A stretch of DNA of 63,999 nt, counting the filler, from Sphacelaria rigidula (lineage: Eukaryota), in assembly GCA_964200075.2 (NCBI GenBank). It is 3 parts of 3 records of this genome, joined end to end, with 100 filler letters (N's around TTAATTAATTAA, not from the genome) between each part and the next. Parts side by side here need not be neighbours in the genome. Positions count along the whole stretch, not along the records: positions 1 to 21,541 come from CAXNAA020000409.1; positions 21,642 to 43,173 come from CAXNAA020000410.1; 1 more part is not named here. One strand, written 5' to 3'. Position numbers and translations under genes: made by a program. Below, in pieces: positions 12,201 through 25,173 of the stretch (its first letter is position 1; each line of letters begins with the position of its first letter). The notes below the pieces were generated by a model. It searched no databases. It was not told the DNA's origin and saw only the letters and a program-made list of their open reading frames with translations.

Positions 12201-15034
12201 GGTGGCGTTATTTTGAGCTTACTGTTGTAATTGTTGTGTACTCTGCTGCATCAACTATATTCTTGTGGCTGAGCTTGATCTCTGTGTGCCGTATGTCAGC
12301 GGTTGACGCTGTGCTGTGCTGTGCTGTGGTGTACTGCTCCTGTGCCGGGCTGCACTACTGTATCCTTTGTATAGCGCGTTGCTGTTGGGCCGACGCCATG
12401 ACTTTAGCTACACGCTACACGTGGCACGTTGACAGAACGCTCGTCCGGGGCGCGTTGTTACGCCATCACGAATGTGATGCATTTCCATCTCCACTGCAAC
12501 ATATGCCTTCAAGACAAAAGACTACTGTACTGTGCAACCATGCTATCATTTTATCATACTGTCATGCGATGGTGTTCGATCGCGCTATCGGATGACGCCT
12601 CTTCTCTTCCAACATGTACATCGATCGCAGCTCGACGTGTGCACTGCCAGCTTGGCCGCCTCCGAGGGCCAAGTCACCGCCCTGACCAAGGAAAACATGG
12701 ACATGAGGTGGGTGGACGGCTGGCTGTGGCTCCCCTCTTGCGCGCGAGCAAGCCATGGGTAGTATGTATGTGCGATGCGTTGAGGTGCAGTATGCGTGTA
12801 TACTGGTAGAGGAGGAGAGTAGTGAGCATTCAGTCTCTGTTTGTGAGTTGTTCCTGAAAAAAAAAAAAAAAGCAAGAGTGGTGTCTTTTGGGGTCTGGAT
12901 AGAATCGGCAGTCTCTGCTGAACATCGTGTAGAAAATTCAAGGCCGACTGCAGTAGTAGCTAGATGTCCATGTGCCCTCAGTCTTTGGTATTTGTCTCTG
13001 TACAGTTGACCCACTCTCCTTCTCTGTTGGAGACGTCACGTGCTATCACAAAACGGATGCTTGTTTTTCCAAGCGTGTGCATACTGAGAAAGTATTGTTT
13101 GTGGACAGCGAGTACGTGTAGTGACATGATGAATCTGCATGGGCTCGGTTTCCTGGGTGGTTGTGACGCGTGTTTTGTTTTTTGGATCCATTGGTGGATG
13201 CATATATCTACGTGAAACGTCTACGGGGGCTCTTGGAAGTCAGAACGTTTTGCTGCAAGGATGATGAAATGGGGCGGGGGGAGAAGACATACCAATAGCC
13301 GCTTAGCGGCTGAAGGATGGTAGTCGCAGGTGCCTTAGTGGACCTAGAGAGAGCTGTTTCGCGTCTCTTTGGTCTGACTCGATGACACGCATGTTTCGGT
13401 GCTGCTCTATGATTTCCCGTCGTACAACACTCCTGAATTACCTCTCTCCCCGACCCCGTCCTCAGGACGAGTGAAGTTTCGTGATACCAATCGATCTGTC
13501 CTCCAGCGTGTGTGTACATGTGCTTCACCCCGTCTACTTTGTACCGACCTCTGTAGCAGGCGTTCGTCGGTTACTCCGCGATCGGTATACTTATCCTTCC
13601 GACAAGGGTCTTTATTATTCATTCTTTTTTCGGTATCCACTGCGGTTTTGCATCGGCGTTCACGTGTTCTTTGGTGGGTCGAGTTATTTTCTTCTTCTCT
13701 GGTCCAGAACTCGCGTTTTTGAATCTGTTTACGATAACTGACCCGACAGAATCATCCCCAAACGTTCTCAAGAGAGTAAGTATTGCGGTGATTTCGAGCA
13801 AGCAAACACCTGATCCAATCAGAATATAGATCACCCTTTCGAAAAAGCCACGCCAGTCTCTTTCTCTTCAGTTGACGGCTTGCTGGGTCTCCTCGCCATG
13901 CTGTTGTCGTTGTCCGGCGATGCTGTTCACGCGTCAACAGAGATGATCTCGATAACCGGGCTCACACCATCAGCGGGATGAGCGAGGAGATCGTGGCGAT
14001 TTCACTTTATCTCGAGGACATCAACAACCCAGAGGGCTACACTCTATCCCAGGTGCGTCCGTGTGTGAGACAGAGGGACAGACAGACAGATAGAGAGGAT
14101 GATCGATCGGTTTCCTCGCATTGGCTGTTTCGCTGCCAATCCCACGAAATGGTCACAAAGTGGACGTACTTGAGGCAAATGAGCGGAGACACGTGCTCGA
14201 GAAAAGCAGAATAGGAACGGCAAAGGAAGAGGGGAGGTACCAAGAGACGATCGATGATGTTGATGTTCCTCGTTCGTGTTTCGGAGTGTCTGCTCGAACA
14301 AACTCCACAGAAATGACCTATGGCGAAATTGTAAAACCCATTTTCCAGTTCCTGTCCTCCCTCTGAATGCCTGTGCGCAACGCGCACACGCGATAAAACA
14401 CATACAGGGCACGATGTTGCGGGCTTTTATTTTGTCGTACGCCTCTCTGCCGGCCACGACTCGCCGAGAGCTGGACGACGTCGTGACGGCAGATCTCTAC
14501 GGTGACGTCGGGCCCAGAAATATTCGCAATCTCACGGCGGCCATGGACCACATGGCCTCAGCTACCGGCTTCAGGCTCGTGAAGTGGGTTCCCGGGAGCA
14601 GCATCTTCGCCGTGCTGGTCCACGAGAGCGGCCTGCCAGAGGTTGCTGTCATCGCTTGGCTGACCGGCGTGACGGTTTACGCGGCCATAATCATCGTCAC
14701 TAGCATCTGGGTGGTTATCGCTCGCGTGCTTGCCGTCACCCGGCACACCGTCCCGCAAGCCCTCGGACGGGGGGCATCGGCAGCCAGGCACGCCGTGGCC
14801 TGCGCATTGCAGCGGCTCGCAAACAGCGTCCGCGCAGTCGATGACCTCTTCGCTCGCGGTCGCCACAGGATCGAGGCAGCCTGGGACCACCCCGTACAGG
14901 CAGCAGACGACCTATTCATGTTCGTACTGGCGGTGCTGAGGGTGGATGGCCGAGTGTTGTCCGCCATGTTCGGGGTCATGACCGGGATAGCGCTGGTGCT
15001 TGGGTGGCTGGTGGTGGGCGTGGGGCAGGAATAG
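9242..15034 (+). CDS. 3' part of an unknown coiled-coil protein with two C-terminal hydrophobic (probable TM) segments; 5' exons unresolved
   Basis: Phase-consistent exons 9242-9736, 10929-11138, 12631-12707, 13941-14052 and 14408-15034 (stop). A/E/R-rich heptad sequence (e.g. ERRRTEDAEGRMRAALERITHLEAE) is followed by hydrophobic stretches VAVIAWLTGVTVYAAIIIVTSIWVVIA and VLSAMFGVMTGIALVLGWLVVGV. Confidence 0.72.
10249..10511 (+). repeat. Intronic long imperfect inverted repeat (117-bp arms, 29-nt loop); candidate hairpin RNA
   Basis: 10249-10365 aligns without gaps to the reverse complement of 10395-10511. Hand count: 86/117 Watson-Crick pairs plus 14 G-U pairs on the + strand transcript. 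Confidence 0.85.
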
Positions 15035-15410
15035 GAAGCGGCGACTTGGTCGGTGCCGTGGTGAAGGGGTTGCAGGCTGTGTGGGTGTGCGTGAGCGGAA
15101 ACATACTGTAGTCGACAAATGTTGACATTTGTTTTTGTTTTTGTTCCCCCCAACAGCTGAGAGAATGGGGATCAACATATGGAGCATGTGTCGTTTTGGA
15201 GAAGGATATTGCCGTTGCCTATTAGTAAGTGATGTTGATGGGAGCACGCCTTTCGTCGTCAGCTGGTCTGTATTGCTTCGCACGATGGTCTTGTGGGAAA
15301 GGAGCCGCTGTTTGAGCGTTATCGCCCTCGGCGGGGGCTCTCCCTTGAGATACTCTACGTCGTTAGAGGGCCATGTTCTCTGCGTGTCGTGATTAGCGCT
15401 GTAGGCATAG

Positions 15411-15485
15411 GGGGCGGGGCGTACTCATTTGCTGCTTGCCTTAATCGTTTGACCATTGACCACTCATCCCTTTCGAGACGGAGCA
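15411..15485 (+). repeat. Short interspersed repeat, copy 1
   Basis: GGGGCGTACTCATTTGCTGCTTGCCTTAATCGTTTGACCATTGACCACTCATCCCTTTCGAGACGGAGCA is nearly identical to 43098-43173. Confidence 0.8.
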
Positions 15486-15775
15486 CCTGCTGTAGGCATG
15501 GGGTGAGAAAGGGGGGAAACGACGGAAGCAGGGTGTGTATGGCTTTACAGGCCTCTATGTTGACACAAAATGCGCAGGGAGTGGGGGGAAGCGCGCCAGT
15601 GGATTTGGTTGCTGGGTTTACGGGTAAGGCGTTGCTTCATGATGTATCGTCACCTTTGGCATGAGTGACGCCACTTCTTGCATGTCATGGCCCACGGAAA
15701 GAACGAGGAGATTGCGGGATGTATCTCGGGGGAGCAAAGGACAGTCATTAGTGCGGTGTGGTGATGACGTCTTTG

Positions 15776-15826
15776 TTTTATTTTACTTTTACTTTATTTT
15801 ATTTTATTTTATTTTATTTTATTTTT
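15776..15826 (+). repeat. (TTTTA)n low-complexity tract
   Basis: Directly visible TTTTA/TTTTAC iterations. Confidence 0.85.
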
Positions 15827-16782
15827 GTCCGTTTCCTCTTGTTTCCATCTGTTTTCTTTTGTTTCGGTTTTTCATCAGTTGGTTCGATTTGATCCGTTGT
15901 GTTCTTCCAGACAATCCTGCGGTGCGATTTTTCCTGATGAAAGCGCTAATTTCGCGTTGCGCTTGGGATGGGTGCAGTACTATCCAAAATTCAGTTTCAT
16001 TTCATATCCGCTCGATTTGATTCGATCTGATTTGTTCTTTAGTTTATGCTATTCGATGCTGTTTTGTTTCTGTTTTCACTTTCGCGCTGACAGCGTGGCT
16101 ACTTACTTTTTTTTGCAGTTTTGGTATCGTTTTGGAGCGCGTTCAGTCCCACCTGTGCAGAGGTCTTGTTATTGATTGTAGCGGCGTTCCCTCGCAGCGA
16201 TCTATAATCTGTCGCCGACTGCTTCTACTTGGGTTATGTTATCCCCAGAGCCCGGAAAATGAGGGGGGGGCTTTGGACGTGCTGAGGTTAGCGTTGGGGT
16301 GCGCAATGCACGTGCTGAGACAAGTCGGACATACGAAGGTGAAATCTCGAACACTTGTCACACTTGTCACGTGCTAAGTTACGTTATTTCCTCTGAAGTA
16401 ATCATTTTTCGATTTGCCCTGCACCTGGGGATGGAAAGGGGGCGGGGGATAAAGGACAACTCGACTACCAGCATCATACACTAAGTGCAGTAAGTCAACC
16501 CGCGATGCGGGAGGATGATACTGTATGTGTGTGGCAAATATGACGCCATGTGCCGTTGTTGCCAATCGAATGCAGGGCTTAAAGCGTGGGAGAGAGAGAC
16601 TGTGTGTAAGAAGCTAGTCAGTGATAAAGGGCGCAAAATACTGCTGAAAGGGGTCGGTATGTGCGGTAGAGGCGCACACGGTGATGGGCACAGTTCAAAC
16701 CCGACGCCTGATGAGTGGCCGCCTCGACGCAAGACCTCTGGTCGAACGGCTCACTATATCTATTCGGTGGTGTTCCACTGCG

Positions 16783-19700
16783 TCAAAGCTTAGAGTTCCC
16801 AAAAGGAGAGCTTCGTTTGTCGGACGTGAAGGCGGAGAGGTTCGATTCCGTGCTCGATGCTTCACACTGGAGAGCCGGCTGTGCTCCGTGGCTTTGTCGG
16901 TTCCAGACCTGAGGAAGGGGCTGATTGCAGGTGGTGCGGAACGGGGCTGACACTGCGAGCATCGTGTCTGTTGCGGTTGGGGGCGTGGACATCACGATGG
17001 CAGTTCTTGTGTTCAAGATTTGTTGCAAGGTCACGAGCGTGCTCGGCGTTGGCTCGGCACCTGGACGGTTTCGCAATGCGTGTTGCGATAACAGGGAGTC
17101 AGAACCTCGGTTTGTGTAAGAGATGCGGATGTATGTCTTGTCACAGGGTTGAAGGAAGTAGGATGACGATCACCGCTTCTCGTATTTGGAACGTTCATGA
17201 TGAGGTACGAGTTTGCTTGCGACGTGTTATAGGTCATCGTCGATGTTCCTGTGTTGACTGGGTCAGATATTTCGCCGGTGTGCTGTACACACGACAGCAG
17301 AAGAATCTTGCAAGTATTTCCATCTCTTGGCGCTTTTTTTGTTTGTTCGTTCCCGTGTTCCCAAAACGTACAGAGATGAAGAGTGGGGATGACGCCAAGC
17401 GTCCGCGGTGTAGGCAAGTGACGCTGGAGGTAACTTGTTTGGAGGGTTGTAGGTCATCATCCGATGTCGCGGTTATTCGGTTAATTCATGATTCAGGTTT
17501 TGAGTGAAGCAAAATTTTGTTTCTGACGTTTCCTTTAGCATCATTTTGCCCGTTCAGTTTGTGCAGCAAGTGGGGAAGTGATTGCCCTTGACCATCGCAG
17601 TGGAGGTGAAGAACAATATCATACGCCACTGGTGAACTTTGATAAATGAGCACCTTTTTGAGGCACGTGCTGTGCAACGTCGGCCGCGAAGTGTGCTGTG
17701 TGCTTTTGTACGACGTCTTACGCGCACGTCTGGGTAAAGCTCACCAGACAGCGAGGGCGTGGCGGTTGTTGTGCGTGTATGCACCTCAAGGCACCCGTCG
17801 AGGGCCTCCACTAGTGTGTTTTGTTTTTCTTGGTCCAATTCTCAGAATCGTTGTTCCGTTTGTCGTGCAGCGTGCGATGGCCGAAGGGGTGGTCCCATTT
17901 GTGTATTACTCGGTGGTTTGTGCCCCCTTGTTTCCTTCACTCCGCTTTTGCTCTTACTCGGTAGTTTGTATGAGCCCAATGGAGGGGAGCACCGCGGTAT
18001 CCACAAATCACGATTTTGCCGTTTCTGAGAATTCCCTCTACTAAACACGTCTTGTCCGTACCCTGTCGCCTGGGGTTCCCGATATCTTCGTAATGAGGAG
18101 GATGCTTGCTGTAGCGGACTGTTGCGCAGCCGCGAGCTCGAAGACCTGCCGTGTCGATGTGTGTGTATGTATGTGTGAATGTTTGACGCAGACCGTCATC
18201 GTATGTACAAAACAAAGTGCGAGTGCGACTGGGGACCATTTCTTTGGAGATGTCGTGGTCAGCAATCTACGATATTGTGAGGTTCCGTCGTTTGTCTTGT
18301 CTTGCATCCAGTACCCGTTCTATCGTTATTTGAGACTTACTACGGGACAACCGGAAACCCAACACGGAGGGACTTGCGTTCGTGGCGGGCACAAAAGCGT
18401 TTCGTGTGTTTTGACGACGTGTCTCCTTCTAGCGTGGAGCGCGCCTCGTCGTTCGGGTTGATGTAGACACCATTCGAAACTCGCCGTGTTTCGCTGCGTT
18501 ATTATTGTTGGGTGTGTGTACACATAACTCTCGTTAGTCCCTGGACCCCATCTTTGTTTCAACAGTGTCGTTAGTTTCTCAGCCGTCCCTTTGAAAGGGG
18601 TTGTTGTCGATGCTTCCTATTGCGATCGTGAGATCCACTGAGAAACGTTGGACTGTGATATACTCGAGCGGGTTTCCGAGCTGTTCACATATGGGTGTGG
18701 GATGATGTGGTCCGTGTGCAAGATTATGTGTGTTTCAGTCGCTTGCGTGCTACAGTGTGAGGGTCGATGCGGTGTATGAACTATATCTGTTTCCTTCATC
18801 ACTGTTCGGGATGAAATTGCAGTGCCGCCGGATGATCATGATGGGTACAGATATGTGCCTTTCGGCTTGGGCAGTCATTTTCCATTGTGCATGTGTGTGC
18901 ACTACTGTAGAGGAGCTGCTGCTGATGGCCATTGTAGCTATGCCTGATGCAGAGGGTAGTGTCATTTTGTTAAGGAGGAGGGCAGACGAGTTGTGATTGG
19001 CATGCGTGTTAGGCTTCATGATGTCGCGCTACATATGGGTAGCCCGCGTTGTCGTCTAGGGTCACGAGCTTTGACCAATACAGGCAAGAGGGGTCTTTTC
19101 GGGCTCGCCCGCCCCACGCCACCGTTTGAACGGTCTTCAGCGTGACACGAGTGTCTGTCGATGGCTTGTGAATGTCGTGATATTGATTTCCGGTCCGCAC
19201 GTACGAAACGAACTTACCTTTCACACAAATTCGTGAAACCGCATCCACACATGCATACTGTTCTGATTGTTGAGTGTATTGAGTTATTGCCTGTTGGAAA
19301 ACTGTGGGGGTTTTTTCCCACTACTCTTGAGTGTCGTCGATTAGAGGTTTCCTGTTCGTTTCAGAGGTTATATTCTGCGTTGCACTTATTTTAACCAACT
19401 ATGGCATGCTATATAAATGCGAGCTGAACTATACGGGTGCGGGAGGCGGGGTTCAGGCCTTTTGGGCTGGATGGTGTCAAACTGAGGGATTCGGGGGTGG
19501 AGATGGGAGGAATAGGGGTAATGGGTTACGGTTGAATGGGAAGAGAATGGTGCTAGTAAAGTGCAGAGGGGGGCAAGGGTTGGCTGGACTAGGGCACATA
19601 TCATTGGTATTTGGTGTTGTTGTGGTGCATTTATGACCGCGCTTCCTCGTCTCGCCGAAGCAGCTCCGCCGTCAAGCTGCGGTGGCTTTACAGCGGGTCT

Positions 19701-20882
19701 ATTAGTTTGCCAAACCAACTTCGCTGACGACCTAGGTCGTGCGACAACCGTGTGCGCCTCCCCTTTTCTTTTGTTTCCAGCGCTGTTTACTTCGAACTTT
19801 CTCGGCCGAATCTGACCGGAGGCGGTATTCCTTGCGCCCGAGAGATACGGTTTCCTTTACCATCGCATAGCTTCATATGGAGGAAAAGGAACAAATGATC
19901 TCGCACAACATGTCAGCCGGGCCTTGTCTCGAAATCATTCGTAGTCGGCGTCACGATGCATGCATGCACGTTGCTTTGCTCTTCGCCACCCAACACTCAC
20001 GCATCATAAACAAGCACACATGGCTGTATCATAATACCTCATGTGAAAGCGGTACAGCAGCCCTCCGCTACAACATGATAAATCGACGTGATATCTCCTC
20101 ATTGGGTTGAATGGTACTACGCACTCCCCTCATGTTTATGTGGCAGGCTCAATGTCAGGCTGCCTTCTGGGCGATAATGCCCTCTCATTTGTACTGTATC
20201 TTCACCGTGTGCCTTGTTTGGAATAGCTCCACAGGTGAAGACCAGTCTCCGAGCCCGACCCAATGTTTCCATGGGCGATAAAAATGTGGATTATGGGCAA
20301 CGAGAGAGTACGTGTCACATGAATCCTGCAGTCACCCACAAGCCCTCCGAGGCACGAAGTTGCATTGGAGACCATGCCGCCATAGCAGGAGACATCGTTG
20401 TTGTCGCCCTGAAATCAGCTACAAGTCCACCGAGTTGTTTTTCAGCGCAATCAGGCGAGAACTCAAATATCTTGATTTTGGTGTCAAACCGCAATCGGGA
20501 ACCGCCATCAGGCCGTCTTTGACAAAAGCTCCAGGCGTGCAGTATTGGGACGTCTGCTCATCTCTATGGATAGACGGGGCTGAAGGATGTAGAGTACTGT
20601 ACATTTTACTTGAGATACCAAGTAACTCACCACCCGGTCACGTTCCCCTAATACCGCGATATTTTTTAACAACTTTAGTACGGTTGAGTCGGCCAAGCGG
20701 GCACGGTATGCAACTGATGAACATGCCACGCGAGAACTCGACGAGCGGTCCTTCACCCACAGGCGGAAAGGATGGGCTTGTTTCTCTCGCTGCTCCCACG
20801 CCATCCATGCAGCTGGTTCTGGTGTGTCTTTCCCGTTGAAATTTGAGGTACCGATAGCTCGAACACAGCAGAGTACAGCCAT
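16783..20882 (-). other. Scattered exon-like segments of a possible unknown minus-strand gene
   Basis: Open stretches, some with plausible splice sites, near 17529-17669, 19590-19811 and 20630-20850. No family recognised and no complete model built. Confidence 0.2.
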
Positions 20883-21541
20883 AAAGCACAGTACAGCGTG
20901 GTCACCGCTGTATACCGCGGTACGGTGACCTGGGAAGCGTGCCTTCCCTTACTGCTGATAGTACTGCTCGTAGTACCTCCTTCTTCTCTGAGGGGTGATG
21001 GTAAGGGGATTTTCTTCCTGAATTTTTTGATTTTCTTGGTAGAAAGAAAATTGAAGCTTTCCTCTGACTTCTCCAAAATGAAAATACCGGAGAAAATCCG
21101 ACGTTAGATTTTCGGATACAAGTAACTTGTGGTCAGACTAGGCTTTTGCTTTTCATGCGTGATTCCCCCCCAAATACTTGTGTGTCTCGTTCAAAAGGGG
21201 TCATTCTGCAGCGGAAATCCCGCCGAGGCGTTACATTTGCTTGAGTTTAGTGTCGAAGATCGAAAAACAAGAACCCATAATGCGAATCATATGCGTGCAT
21301 AAAAAGGAAAAGCCTAAGTCAGACGTTAGTGTTAATCATTGCCTGACCTCATGTCAGTAGCGTTTCACCACTTGACAGTGAATCCTGGAAAATGGGGTCC
21401 ATCTCAAAGGTGAGGTTCAAGTGGCATTTCTCTTTTGCAGGGATGCCGCGAAACACTTACGATCGAGCGAAACCATCCTCCTCCCCAAATGTCCGCAGCA
21501 GCTAAGCAGCTGTGGCTAGGTGCACCTAACGAATGCGGTGT

Positions 21542-21641
21542 NNNNNNNNNNNNNNNNNNNNNNNNNNNNNNNNNNNNNNNNNNNNTTAATTAATTAANNN
21601 NNNNNNNNNNNNNNNNNNNNNNNNNNNNNNNNNNNNNNNNN
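21542..21641. other. Artificial 100-nt assembly linker: N44-TTAATTAATTAA-N44
   Basis: Symmetric N padding around a 12-mer that places stop codons in all six frames; identical to 43174-43273. Confidence 0.95.
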
Positions 21642-24600
21642 AAGCGTTTGGTCCATTAATGATGCAGACACTCCCCGCCGCTGATAGCCATCAAGAGCCT
21701 ACTCTCAATCGTATCATCTACTCTCAATCTCACGAAAACATTGTTTGCAGCGAAAGCGGTTGAGAGTCATTTATCCTTCAGCCCATGTACACATGGACTG
21801 GGGGGCGAAAGGATGAATACCTTCCAGCAACGTTTTCTGCGTGTCGGATCCCATGCGCCGGTGACGATGCAGTATGCGGGATTTGCCCAGCAGCTGAAGC
21901 TACTCGCAATATAAATTTCTTTTCCCCCAACCTCTGGATGGAATTGGAAGGAAAAGTAGAAACTTGTTTCGAGCTTGGTCTGCTGTTCAAATTCCGAATC
22001 GGCCAGTGTGCATCGGAGTTGCGCAGCAGAAGAAGCTGTTCGAAATAGATCCCTTTTTCGCTCATGTCAAAAATGGGCGAAAAAGGGATCGATCTTGAAC
22101 AGCTTTTTCTGCTCTTTCAAATAAATCCTCTTTTTTAATGCCGAAATAACTCGGGCGAGAAGAGGATCTGTTTTGGATCTAGCTTGTCCTGCTGTCCGGA
22201 ATAAATTCATTCTCGCTCAATTCAAGTCGGGTGAAGAGGAATTTACCTCGGACAGGAGGACAAGTTATTGAAATTTATATATTATATAATTTTACAGATT
22301 TTGTACCAAAATATTTGGAATTTTCGAGAAAAAGGCTTGAGGTTTTTTCACCAAAACACTGCCACATGACTGTGCAGGGCTTTGCCGACGTGCCTACACA
22401 GGGCTGCAAATCCAACCCTGGGGAAAACCCTATCAAAACGCTGCGATGGGTACAGATTTTGCAATTCACTGTCAGGGTTTTTTCACATGGACTGTGGAGG
22501 ACCCTGTACGGACCCTGCGTAGTGCGCCCCACAGGGTGCTATCTGTCCACGTGTGAGTAACGTTCCGCCTTTTCGATAATATGGAAGCTTGAATCACGGT
22601 GAGGTGTACGTTCTACTAGTTGAAGTCATGTTCCGCAGTTTCGATCATCTCGAGCTCAGACAGGAGTTCGTCGCGGGAATAGAGTTAGGCACCGTTAGCT
22701 TTAACAGCTCGCTTCACGGGCGATGCCGCACATGGGAGAAAGCTGCATGACACATGACATTCGTCGCAGCACACGTGACAAGCGTTTTTTGCTTAATAGA
22801 TTCATATTCATCAACAAGAACAGGGCGAGTTAGTGCAAATTTCTCCAGATATGGGTCTCACGTGGTGCGCATTGGTCTTGAAACACACATCCTCGTCTGT
22901 TGTACAAGAAATAACCTGTTTGCTGCTGGAGGTTCGGCGCTGTGAACCAACGGCGACGTTACGCCTTCGGTGGTACTACCTCATCACTGCACAGCGGCAG
23001 GGTGCAGGATTTCACAGCATACCACAGAACGCCACATCTTCAGCCTATCCCTATACTGCATTGATTTCATGCTGTCCTATGCAGTTCGCCACATCATCCA
23101 CGCAACCGCTTGTATCTGCGGTCAACGTGCACGCGGGATATCATTTTGTAAAGCTTTTCGTGCTGTCTCTACAGCGTACGTTTGCCCCAGGTTGCGCACG
23201 CAGGAGTGAAAGGCCGCCTCTGCTGCTGTCATGGCTGCCTGTATCTTGGGCGGAGGTGAATTTTGCTGCGCGAGGGGCGACCATGTCCGGGCTTTCAAAG
23301 TCGGCAACCTGCAAGCACCGAGGGCTCGTTCATCATCAGCTGGAGAACCAAAACATGGGACATGTCTCACTGTTGTACTGCAGCACAAGCACACTCACTT
23401 CCGCTCTCGTGTGTTGTAGCCGTCACTGTTGTAGGGTGTGTTTGAACCTTGCGACGACGGTTTGGTCTCCGCTGATATTGCCCGATGTGCTGTAATCATT
23501 GTGTTCGTCTCTCTGTAACCAAGTCGTAACATTTAGTATCAGGCTAGACGCAGTGCTATCGAAACACTTGACTGTTAAAATCTAAAAAGGTTAAATTACC
23601 CTGACCCATCACTTGCGCGATAGCGAGTACTGCTGGGTACCGGCACGGAAACAGCACCAGTACACAACGCTGGAGGCTGGGCCAGACCCCATGCTCCAAT
23701 GACAGGGACGACGCTTAGCACTGTGCAGATATACTGCACCGCCAGGGTCCTGTGTGCACCCGTCAACATCACAGCTGTCGCGGTTGGCATCGGCGCCAGC
23801 GCTCACGGCCACGGCAATATCAATTTTGCATCAAAGAGAAGCTGATGCTACTGTATACAGTGCGTCTTCAGGTTAAAAAAATCATTGCAGAACTGTCATG
23901 TCTCCTGTTCTGTGAAACCTCTGCACTCTATACACCACTGCGGTCATCTTATTTACAGTGTGCTACCCTGTACCTCATATAATGACGTAGGGGTTTGCGA
24001 AGTCAGTCGAAGAGTTCTTGTTTTTTCCCAAGTCCTTATTTTTCGACAATATTCCGAATATAATCTGATGCCGAATCTGCAATAACCTTACTCAACATCC
24101 AATTCAAAAATTGGAATTTTTCAGCAGAGGGCAGGGTACACCCTCCTGTTTTGCCCACATTAATGGGGTTCTCCTACAAGCTCCATTTTCGGCGCGATAG
24201 TTCAGCCCAGTAACACTTGTGAAGGTGAAAAAAATAATGGTCGGATATGCTGCCCAGGGACCTTGGGCATGGGTCTGGTGTTCAGCCAGCGTGCAGCGCC
24301 GCGCCCCAAAGCGAAAAATGCACTACCCTTTTTTGCTCCAAAAGCAGGAGGGTGTACCCTTTTCGTAAATTGCCCAGAAAAAAATTGCGACAACAGTCCT
24401 TGTACGACCATCTCCGGGCGGCTTGACTGCATGTTGAAACATGGAAATTACCCTGATATACAGTACAGTGCGGTACAGTACAGCATCTATCGTAGGCGAA
24501 GCTGTCTCAACGAAGATGACTACCGTTGTAATAATGGTTGTGCCGCAGTAGCTGGTCGCTGGTTGTCATGTTATCTCCAAGGGTGCCCACAAGTCAAGGG

Positions 24601-25173
24601 TGGACCGCGGCGGTGTACATAAAAATATTGTGCAGCGCAGGGGTAGATCCAGCGATTCAGTTTCCTGACCTCACTCGCACACCTGTCCTTCTCACTTTCA
24701 CTGCTGTCAAAAAAGCGAGCACGAACAAATTTCATCTCAACGTGGGTAACTTGAACGTAACGCCTTCCCTCTGGAACTCCACAATAGCCACGCCCTTCAA
24801 ATTTCTCCTTGTCTCAATAACCATGTCCAATTCCATCAGAATATAGCATCCACACATGATATTACACGAACTATACATCCTTCGCAACGGAATACACTGT
24901 CACACCCAAGACATATCAAGATACGGCAAACATGTGAAGACATAGTAACAAATACGACACACAGGTAGTAACACTGAATTCCGTCCCAGTCGTCACGTGC
25001 ATAACTCAACAGCAGTGACCTTCCTGCAACAGGCTTTGCTCATGATGATTCGTCACAGCGTATGCCTGCAACACTTCCGTCACGAGTAGACAGTACTACA
25101 TTCTCAGGGTCCACGATACAAAGTCGGAAGTTCCACTCCAGCGTCCATCGTGTTGATACCGGACACACAACGT

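Noticed and set aside
16857-17507. 216-codon plus-strand ORF
   Set aside because: Non-ATG start, R/C-rich composition, overlaps exon-like segments on the opposite strand, and shows no family signal.
21586-21597. TTAATTAATTAA palindrome as a biological site
   Set aside because: It sits symmetrically inside N padding and recurs identically at 43218-43229, so it is an assembly linker.
22833-23495. 220-codon ORF downstream of ACL
   Set aside because: Non-ATG start, C/S/L-rich composition typical of non-coding DNA, and no motif.
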